Notes under the pieces: generated by a model
The model's database searches: none
What the model was told of the DNA's origin: nothing
The model's input: the letters and a program-made list of their open reading frames with translations, nothing else
Translations under genes and position numbers: made by a program
Part shown: in pieces, positions 11,650 through 20,466 of the stretch
Layout of the letters: every line of letters begins with the position of its first letter
Numbering within the stretch: position 1 is the first letter of the stretch
Origin: Blastocladiella emersonii ATCC 22665
Lineage: Eukaryota > Fungi > Blastocladiomycota
DNA: 64,000 bases
Direction of reading: 5' to 3'
Assembly (NCBI GenBank): GCA_025594325.1
Contig: JANHCV010000006.1
Coordinates: 1,364,001 to 1,428,000 of the forward strand

Positions 11650-13300
11650 AAGCCCAAGTTTGCCATCGCCGTACTGGTTCTTCTTTGGCCTGATCCCGGC
11701 CGTGTTCGTCTGCCTCACATCTGTGGAGGAGGCGCCCGTCGCGCTGTACCAGGCCATCGCCATGCTTGAGGTCGTAATGGGCAGCGGCAGTCTCTCGCTC
11801 TGCTCTCACTTCATCATCTAGGACGGCCATCTGCATCTCGCGGACCTCGTGCTCCCCGACATGACCGCCGCGTAGCAGTTTCGCGTCGTCTTCATCCCGC
11901 CCTTCACCCCGAACCAGCAGGTGCTCTCGCGCGCAAGTTTCCTAAAGCATGCGCTGACGTCGCCATTGACACGGAGCACGTCCCCGCTCGGGCCGCCAAT
12001 CTCGCAAGTGTTGAGGAGACGGACGACGTCGTTGCGACCCGCATCCTGCAGCCCGCCACCGCGGGGCTCAACGAGCTCAATCTCGTCGGCGAGGCGGTCA
12101 ACCGCTTTCGCCACGGCGTTTTGGTCACGGTCACGGCCATGGTCGCAGCCACCGCCAATCCTGTTCCCTCCTCCACGTCGTCCACGGACGCCGCCGCCGC
12201 CGCTGGACCAGCTCATGCCCATACGACGATAGCGAGGCGATCCACCGCGTCGCGCACCCGCTCGAAATCGACTATTTCGGAACGCACCACGATACGGTCG
12301 GCTCGTTTGACAAATTGGACGTTTCGCGTTCGTGGCGAGAGAGAGAGAGAGCGGGCCGGCTCAAGCGGCAGGTCGAGGGGCGCCGACGCGTGTGAAGAGC
12401 AGCGCCCAGATCTTGCACCCTCACCCACACACGCATCCACCCGCTCGTGCAGCCGACAGCGAGGACGACAACGACGACCCTGCTGATTTTGCTCTCGGTC
12501 ATGAAAGTGGGGAGCGCCGCGACGCCCGGCATCGCGACCGTGAGGAGGAAGGTGAGGATGAGCAGCAACAGCAGCGCCATGGCCACGCCGTCGCAGCCGC
12601 TGAGGATCGCCAAAACGCGCGCGTGGTCGTCGACCCCGTGCCGCTCGAGGTGCACGGCACTGCACCGAGCCCAGCGGAAAGACATGGAAAAGGAGATGGT
12701 GGAGCTGGCGATGAAGGTAATGGTGGGAAGAGCGGCGACGTTCCGCTGGTCAACGAGGCGTACGCGGTTCGCCAATTCGGTCAGTACCTGCACCTTTACA
12801 AGGAACTCTCGCTCGCTGGTTCCTTCCCGCGCGACTCTTTCCGTGGGGATTCTGCGGTTGCAACTCGGAACTCGACCAGCGCTACCAGGCCTCCTCGGCC
12901 GAGGCGCACTGCGAGCACCTGCTCCACCTCAGCGATTCGCAGCGCGTCGGGTTCATCCTGTTCGCCTTCGACCACGTGCGCACGCAGCGCCTGACGCAGA
13001 GCGTCCGCCTGTGCGTGCGGAGCCTCCTGAACACGCGGTCGCGGCCGCAACCATCTCCCAGGAGGAGCTCCTCGCGGCGTACGATGTGTGCGCCAAGCAG
13101 CAGCTCGCCGCGTAGCGTCCAGAAGCTCGACGTGGCCAACGTGCAGGCGTCGTCGCCGCTGCGGCCTGATCAGTTGCAGCACGACACGGCGTCGACTCCC
13201 GCGGCCAGCACCGACCGTGGTCGCGTTGCGAATGAGGGTCCGCCGCCGTGCCCTGGTCCGCCACCAAGTTTGCGAGGACCGCGTGTTGTTGACACGATTT
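11650..13300 (+). pseudogene. Degenerate protein-coding relic of unknown origin
   Basis: High-GC3 coding-like segments (YWFFFGLIPAVF...HFII*DGHLHL...TAA*QFRVVFIPPF; VRQFGQYLHLYKEL; HCEHLLHL...FDHVRTQRL; ISQEELLAAYDVCAK) broken by in-frame TAG codons and frameshifts. Confidence 0.4.
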
Positions 13301-14067
13301 CAGCGACCCTCACTCACGCGCAGACGAGCAACAAGGAGCGAAGGCTGTGCGGCCAGTGCGTCACGGTGCTCGTGAAGACGCTTGACGCTTGGCCACCCAT
13401 ACCTGCAACGCTCGCTTGCGCTGCTCATCTCGGCCAATGGTAAGCACGCTGCCGTGGAACTTGCAGCAGTCGCTGGAGACAGACGTTTGGGTTGGTCGTG
13501 TAGCGCGATGCCAAGCTCCTTCTCAAAGTGACCCAGAGCAGGCACTTGATAAAACCGTATATTTGACGGCCATCTCAGTCTCAGCTGTCCGTCAAGCTAA
13601 CCATGGCCGGTGGGCTTCCAGCCCTCCTCATGGCGTGGGACGCAAGCGGACGCGAGCTGGCCCGTCATGGGAATACTATGTCTTTCACGGGCTTCACCTG
13701 AAATTGGGCACGGCCGTCATGCCTGCGGTCGGCGACTCGCGCGACTTGGCGGAACTGCCCTTCAACGACACTACGGCCAAGTCAACGTCCAGGTCGATGC
13801 CTGACGCGGGCGTACTCGATTTTCCCGCTCTCGATGTCGGGGCAGCCTCGCCGGCAGCGGGCTCGATGAGCGTCGTAACGACCGTCCGCGTTCCAACAGC
13901 CGTAGTGGACTTGAAGAACCTAATGCGGACCGTGGCGTGACTGAACAAGCAAAACGGAGCAAGGTCGGGAGCCCACAGGCCTCGAGACTGACTCTGTCAG
14001 AGATGTACTCCCAGAGTCGTGCGTTCACCGTGTCAGGGAAGACGTAGCAGGCGTGCAAGCACTTGGA

Positions 14068-14106
14068 GACGCGTCGATCAATCACGTGAGCCTTGCGAGA
14101 CACTTT
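14068..14106 (+). repeat. Tripartite motif copy 3
   Basis: GACGCGTC-GATCAA-TCACGTG-AGCCTT-GCGAGACACTTT. Confidence 0.9.
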
Positions 14107-14935
14107 CGACTCTCAAGCTGCAGCGGGTCCCTACTCGCTGAAATGCACTCTCTTGCTGCCAATCGAGCACGGAACTAGTTTCAACTTAATTAACACGTTT
14201 ATGTACATTGTAGTAAACTAGCACGCCAAATACCAGAACAAGTAGAGCACCTGCGAACAAGGTGCGATTAGTGTACCGTTCGATAGTCTGAGCAGCAGCC
14301 TCAGGGGCCGTGCTTTTGCTGCAGCTGCAGCTGCAGCTACGGTCTGACTTGGCCATTGCAGCCAGCGCCAGCATATACCCGCGCTGTTCATCAAGCTGGG
14401 ATTGGAGCGCAAGTGCAGCGCGTCGCAGCTGGTTCACGTTTCGGCTGATAACATTGGAACACGGGGACTTGAAGGGTTTTCGGTTCGGCTTTCTTGCTGT
14501 CACGTACGACTTGAGGCGAACTTTCCGTGGCTGTCGCACGTTTGTCGAGATGTCGCCAATGCGATTATCCTCGTGCCCGTAATCCTCGTGCCCCTTTCCC
14601 GCGTTATAGATGTAGTATTGAGGCTCCGGATTGGTTATCGTTCGAGTTGCGGCGCTGGAGAGAACGTTAGACTCGGTCAGGGTGTTGTTTGCCTTGATTT
14701 CTGTCCCGCGAAAATGGTCCTCGGCTAGCTTGTGGTAGAGGTCTCCATGGATCGTGTGGCTTGGCTTGGTTTGGATCTGGATCCTGTGGATCAGTGGGAG
14801 TTCACCGCCCCCCTCCCGTAAAATCTAACCCCCATCTATGAATACATGACTTGATGCATTAAGGATGATATTCGCGGGAGAATCGACGGGCGGGGTCAAA
14901 ATATGTAGATGTGCCCGTCCTTGCGCTCGCCCTGC

Positions 14936-17900
14936 TCACGCATCGCCGCGGAGCTCCATCTCCTCGATCTCGCCCTCGCCCTCGTCGTCCTCCTCGGCCT
15001 CGGTCATGCTGGTGTGTCGCATGTTCTCGTAGAGAGGCCCCATCTCGATCCCGAGGAACTCGGCGTGCTCCAGGAACGGCTTGAGGAGGACAATCGACTC
15101 GATCAGGTCGTCCTTGAGCTTGCCGCGGCGGGAGGAGACGATGCGACCCGAACGGCTGAAGAGCTACACGCGCGAGCGCAGCACGGTCAGTTTCGCACGC
15201 GAGGACGGTGTGCGTGCAGCGCGTGCGGGCGGCGCGCGCGGGCGGCGCGTGTGGGCGGCGCGTGTGGGCGGCGCGTGTGGGCGGCGCGTGTGGGCGGCGT
15301 GGGAGTGGATCGTACCCGCTCGCTTGAGACCGACGACGCTAGTATACAGAGATACCGACGCGCCAGACGCGCGATGGTCGGGAACTTCTCCTCGTTGGCG
15401 CGCCAGAAGGCGAACGTCGCGTTCTCGACCTGGTCGATCTGGCCGTCCGAGATCTGCTGCGCGAGGCTCTCGACCGTGCTCTCGTAGTACTGCAGCTCGC
15501 GCGCGCAGGCGCTCACGGGGTGCCCGCCAGACGCGTCATGCGCAGGTGCCTGCACCGACGGCGGGAACGCGCCGCGAATGTTCGCGGCGTTGCTGAACGA
15601 CGGTTTACTTGAAACCACAGGCGCCGAAGTCGTAGCATCAGCAGGTTTCCCCTCCATCTCCTCCAGTACGCTACACGGCGCAGCTCCGACGTCAGTGATC
15701 CTTGACGCGGAGAACGGTCGCGATGAGTACCGCGCGCGCAGAACCTGGACAGCGTGGTTCACCTCGACTTCGGGAGTGCCACAGTGCTCGCGGGGCATGT
15801 ACGCAAGGGTCTTGAGGCCGCCCTCGTACGGGTCGAGGAAGAAACAAACGGCGGCATTGTGCTGGATGGTGCCCCAGTACGCCATCAGTTTCGCGTACAT
15901 CAAACGTGCCGCTTCCGTGAGATCGGGCGAGTACGACTCGTCGCCTATCGAGGCGCGAAGCTCGCCGGCGAGCTGGAGATAAATAGTAGCCGCGTGCGAC
16001 ATGGTGACGTAGCGCTCGCCGGACACGACCGTCGTGGCTACGCGCGAGTACTCGTCAGTCCTCCAAAAACAAGGCCGCGCGAAAGAGACGCACCGTCCTG
16101 GAACGGTCGAAGCAAGCCTATGACCTGTGCAACCGTGTCCCAATCGGGGGAAGAAATGGGATCGAACCGCTCAAGCGAGATGAGCTCGTCGACGCGTCCG
16201 CGCTGCCTGAAGAAGACTTCGAGCAGCCGCAAGGTGCTGCCCCATCGGATTTCGATGGCCTTGGGCGGAAGCGTCGCGGAAACCTCGTTCACGATGGCTT
16301 TAAAGTCAGCTAGAACCTTGGGCGAGTTCCGGATCTTAGTGCCCAGCTTGTGGAAGAGCTCAAGGAGTCCGTGAAGCGGGCTATGCTTGCCGAATCCGGC
16401 CTGGACGACCAAGTGTAAGCAGTGCGCGACGCAGCTGTTCCCAAGCTGGACGGGCGAGTTCCCGTTCTCGGCCAACATTCCCTCGAGTTTCTCGATCGCA
16501 GCGGTGTTGTTGCTCGCATTGTCGAGGGTGATGCCAATGACGTGGTCGATAAGTCCGTACTGGCGCATGGTGTCGAACAGGCTCCTGGCAATCAAGTCGG
16601 CCGTGTGAGGCGACGGCGCGGGCAAGAAGGCCAGCGGAAGCGCGATGAGATTCCAGTTGCTGAGAATCGTGTGTAGCGTGATGGCCATGTAGGACCGATG
16701 CCCGTGGGTCGAGGTCCAAATGTCCGTCGTTAGGGCAACAGTCTCGCCGACCCGGCCACGGGCGTTCGCGGTCACAAACTTGTTCACAAGCGTGAAAAGA
16801 GCACAGACCCAGCGGCGTAGGGTTGGTGGTGAAGGGATCGGGAAGCCAGGACACGCGTTGCGCATGAAAAAGTGGAAGGCTTCCGTCTCGACGAACGTGA
16901 GCGGATACGCGTCGTTAACGAGAAGTCCAACGAGCCCACCTCGAATGTTAGGAAAGTTCGGAACCGGCGCAGCCGCTGGTTCAGTGCTAGCAGCCGTGGC
17001 CCCAGCGGCAGCAGCGTTTTGCGCTTTCAAGGTGAGATTTTCGGTATGCACGCGCCTCAAGTGCTTGGTGAGATTGAATGAGCCGGACGGGTTGACCTTG
17101 CCAGTGGCGTCAATGTTTCCAATCTTGTAGTCGATGTCACAGCTGTCATAGTTGCATCGCGCGCGGACCTCGCGGACCTCGTCGCGCTCGGAGATGTAGA
17201 GCGAGAACCGTTCGTACAAGGCTCGGTTGTTCGCACCTCGGAGGAAAAGCTCGACCGGATCTTCCACAGCCGTGCCAGCAGTCACGGCCGAAATCACGCC
17301 TTCGACAGTCGCCACCTCGCTCGCAACGTCGCTCGAGGCATCCAAGTCGGGAGAGATTTCGCCCGTCGAGATGGCGGAAGCAGCAGCGGTAGTCGACGCC
17401 AAAGCCGCGGCGATAGAGGGCGAGGCCGCCGAGGCACCAGCGGAGGTCCCGGAAGCGCGAGGCGAGGACGCGGCGGGAATTGCGCCCATGGGCGGCAAGA
17501 AACCGGCCAAAGCGTTCCCGTGTCCGACCTTTTGTGCGTGGCGGCGAGGCGCAGTCCGAGGTTCCGGAGGAGCGGGCGTGACGAGGCGTCGTTTCTGCGC
17601 GGGCGGACCATTCTCATCTGCAGGTGGCTCGACGCGTCGTTTGTCCGGCTTACGAGGGGCTGCGGCAGCAGAGGAAGAAGAAGCGAGCGCTGCACCGTGC
17701 ACCGTGCCTTGAGGCGAAGCGAGGGGAGGCGAAGTGGCAGAAGACGCGCTCGAGGGAGCGGTTCCCGCGGTCGCCGACGCGGCGGGGCCGCTCGAGTTAC
17801 GGCCGGTCGTGCGGGCCTTCGCGCCAGCAGGCTTCCCGGCATGCGAAGGTGCACGAGGAGCACTCCCAGCGGCACTCGAAGCATCGGGAGCGGCAGCGGG

Positions 17901-17975
17901 AGGGTCGCGCGATTGAGCGCCAGAGGCCCGAATGCGCGCGGACCGGCGCGCGGGTTCGGGCTGCATAGGATTCAT
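14936..17975 (-). CDS. hAT transposase with BED zinc finger (3 exons: 17975-16094, 16037-15316, 15163-14936)
   Basis: BED finger (ARCNYDSC...NLTKHLRRVH), LTTDIWTS, ITLDNASNN, CVAHCLHL, RWGSTL, FLDP, FWR..E.KFPTIARLARRYLCILASSVSSER|LFS; both GT-AG introns keep the frame open. Confidence 0.95.
15227..15300 (+). repeat. 13-bp minisatellite (GGGCGGCGCGTGT) inside transposase intron 2
   Basis: Four perfect copies at 15240-15291 plus degenerate flanking copies. Confidence 0.9.
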
Positions 17976-18439
17976 GTTGAGGGCTTAGAATGATGATTGC
18001 ATTCAGTGTTGCTTCATGGAGACCAACTTCTCGACGAGTGGAGGAGGGGGGAAGAAATCCGGCGCGTCACAGCGATCCACAGCGATCCACAGCGATCCAA
18101 GCCACACGACGCGTCTGGATTTCCGGCAAGCCGCGAAAAATCCATGGAGACCTCTAGCTTGTGGTACTGCGTGGGCATTTTGGTCAAGCTTGGGACTGCA
18201 CATTCGAGAGTGAATGAAGGAAGTGGTGTACTTTCAAGTGACAAGGGGAGGGGGAAGGAGACCGGACGGTTTTAACAGGGAGTCGGTTCCGTGCTTGAAA
18301 CAGATGCCAAATGCACATGCGCACTCAAGTTTTGACCGGCGGTCATTAGTTCATTTTGAACGAGGGAGAGCATGTCAGTGAGTGCACACATAGGATGTAT
18401 GCAGCCGCCATCCGTTGCGGCCCTGCGGCGCTCGCTGCG

Positions 18440-18480
18440 GACGCGTCGATCTATCACGTGACAGCTGCGAGACACTTTTT
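18440..18480 (+). repeat. Tripartite motif copy 4
   Basis: GACGCGTC-GATCTA-TCACGTG-ACAGCT-GCGAGACACTTTTT. Confidence 0.9.
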
Positions 18481-18554
18481 GATCTCGCCCGCCGACGCGT
18501 CTGCCTGGCGCTCAACACGAAAAACGTGATTCAAGCAAATTAAATTCTTCATCA

Positions 18555-19958
18555 TTACATAAACGCGGCGTTGAAGCGACCCTGCTCGTTGAGCGGGTGA
18601 GCCGACTGCTCGAGCGGGAGGAACGACACGTTCACGGGGACCAAATAATCCGGCTGCGACGGGCCCGTCGACGATGGGGGCGGAGGCGCGTGTTCAGGTC
18701 GATGCGGCAGCGCGAAAGAGGGTTTCGCAGTGGAGAGCGTCTTGTTGCCCCTGCGAGTGCGCTTGTTCGCAGGAGGTGCAGTTGACGACGCTGACGCTTC
18801 GTTGCGAGCGCGGCGGAGATGAAAGCACTCGTCGGTCGCATGGTTGAGAGCGTTCCGGTTCTTTGGTTCGGGAAGCCGGATGCAGTGAGAGCAAGGAGGA
18901 CGCGCGCTCGCATCGGTACCTGGGTATTCCACGGATTTGGCTGCCGCGACAAAAGTTGGAGCAGCTGCAGCCAAAGCTGGTGCTTCCTTACGAGCACGGC
19001 GGAGGCGCATGCAATCGTTGGTCGCATGATTACAAGAGTTTTGCTTTTTTGGTTCGGGTAGCAGAATGCAGTGCGAGCAAGGGGGACGCGGGCCCGGACC
19101 GGTGCTCGATTGGTCAACGGTCTCGGAATGGAGCCGCTTCTTGCTACTGCGCGAGTGGGGGAAGCAGAGTCCCGGGTGCCGAGCGATCATCAAGTCCGCT
19201 GAGTCGTCATTGAAGTGATCTTGGCCGAATTTCTCGGCCAGATCGGGCGCGTGGGTCGCAACGGCATGTAAGAAGTGGCCCTTCACAATCATTTCGAGCT
19301 GGTGCGCGAGTGCAATATCGACGTCCGTAACAGGACCACTGACCGGTGCTGCGTCAGCTCGGTCCACAAACCGGCGCAGGAGCTGCTTGCTGCGAGCGAG
19401 GTAGCTCTCGAACGATTCACCCCGTGCGGGAGCGCTGCCAAAGAACTCGTAGCGCCACTTGATAAATTCAGGAGGCGCCATGGTGAAGTGGAGGAACAAC
19501 TCCTTGGCCTTGTCCATCGAGAAGGTATTGGGCGAAAGAATCAGGCCCGAGATGAACTGCCACAAGTCGGCGAGGACGTAGGGCTGCATGCGCGCAAAGC
19601 AGGCGGCGCCGTGAATACCGACCTTGTTGCATTCCTGCACAAAAGCGTCGAGAAAGACGAGCGGGTCATCGACGCGGTTGGGGCCGCCCGCGTGCAGCGA
19701 GGGCGTGCTGATCGAAAGCGCGACGGGGGCGGCGGAAGCGGTCGGCGAAGGCGGGTCAAGCGCGGCAAGCAGCTTCTTGGCCGAGAGAAACGAGTCGACG
19801 AGCTTATCCTGCGTGTCGCGAAGCTCCGCCGTTCGAACGTCGTCGCCAAACGCCGCCTCCTGCTCCCGCAAGTTGGCCTGGATCTGCTGCTTCCAGTGTT
19901 CGACGATGCGCTGGGCCGAGTCGTACACCGAAGCGTCTGAATGACCAGGGGGCAACAT
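18555..19958 (-). CDS. Stand-alone retrotransposon Gag-like protein with two C-x2-C-x13-H-x4-C knuckles
   Basis: 467-aa intact ORF; capsid-like DPLVFLDAFVQEC...F...GESFESYLAR...L; duplicated PPCSHCI.LPEPK..N..NHAT..C..LRRAR; no pol or LTR nearby. Confidence 0.65.
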   Translation of the reverse strand: MLPPGHSDASVYDSAQRIVEHWKQQIQANLREQEAAFGDDVRTAELRDTQDKLVDSFLSAKKLLAALDPPSPTASAAPVALSISTPSLHAGGPNRVDDPLVFLDAFVQECNKVGIHGAACFARMQPYVLADLWQFISGLILSPNTFSMDKAKELFLHFTMAPPEFIKWRYEFFGSAPARGESFESYLARSKQLLRRFVDRADAAPVSGPVTDVDIALAHQLEMIVKGHFLHAVATHAPDLAEKFGQDHFNDDSADLMIARHPGLCFPHSRSSKKRLHSETVDQSSTGPGPRPPCSHCILLPEPKKQNSCNHATNDCMRLRRARKEAPALAAAAPTFVAAAKSVEYPGTDASARPPCSHCIRLPEPKNRNALNHATDECFHLRRARNEASASSTAPPANKRTRRGNKTLSTAKPSFALPHRPEHAPPPPSSTGPSQPDYLVPVNVSFLPLEQSAHPLNEQGRFNAAFM

Positions 19959-20466
19959 GGTGTTGTATGGTCGAAGAATGCGCGAGTGTGGGCGAGTTGC
20001 CGGCAGCGGTGTGAGACGGTGCTGATGGTGTGATGATACGAAAGCGGGCGTTGCGCCAAGTTACATGCAAGTTTCATGCGGCCTCAAAGCCTGGTTGCTG
20101 GAGAGACAGGGCGGGACCGAGGTCGGCGAACTCGACTGCTTACCAATTGATCAGACCATTCGTTCGTCGCGTGACGCTCAGCCGATGACCATCACAATAG
20201 GCCGCTGCTCGTCTTTATACTCTTCAAGACGCGATATATTGCCGTAATAGCTGTACGATCAACGACCTTCTATATCGTTCCATTTGCCGGTAGCCCTGGC
20301 ACGAGGCGATAAGCTGCGGTTCAACCGGATGCTTGAAACGCGACGCGTCTCGCGCCTCCCGACCATGACAACTCCCTCCGTCCGCTTCAGGCCAAGAAGT
20401 AGGAATCTATCTCTTCACGATGATAGAAAAAACTCACGGACAACAAGCGAGCTCGGCGCCGAACCG

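Larger units (their letters stand above)
14736..18156 (-). mobile_element. Complete hAT-superfamily DNA transposon (3421 bp)
   Basis: Perfect 17-bp TIRs TAGAGGTCTCCATGGAT (14736-14752, rc at 18140-18156); 8-bp TSD GCTTGTGG (14728-14735, 18157-18164); GGATC-rich subterminal repeats; internal transposase. Confidence 0.97.
14186..18178 (-). pseudogene. Orphan tail-anchored protein gene split by the hAT insertion (pieces 18178-18157 and 14727-14186)
   Basis: Removing the element plus one TSD restores an open 564-nt frame MPTQYHK|LAEDHFRG...RKPFKSPCSNVI...TLFAGALLVLVFGVLVYYNVHKRVN* (187 aa). Confidence 0.85.
7690..20460. other. Lower-GC accessory/TE-rich island between CDKAL1 and the GATA gene
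   Basis: Visible drop in GC and GC3; contains orphan ORFs, relics, an hAT element and a gag-like gene, but no conserved housekeeping genes. Confidence 0.75.

Noticed and set aside
11800-11960. II*DGHLH...VVFIPPFT as a pogo/DDE_1 transposase core
   Set aside because: The resemblance is partial (no QPLD motif, and upstream context does not fit), so it is kept only as an unidentified pseudogene.
14061-14114. Motif as an integron attC-like long palindrome
   Set aside because: An imperfect fold-back is seen only for this copy, no recombinase is present in the window, and the other copies do not share it.
18250-20460. LTRs, PBS or pol around the gag-like ORF
   Set aside because: No direct repeats were seen between the two flanks, and there are no RT, integrase or protease motifs.
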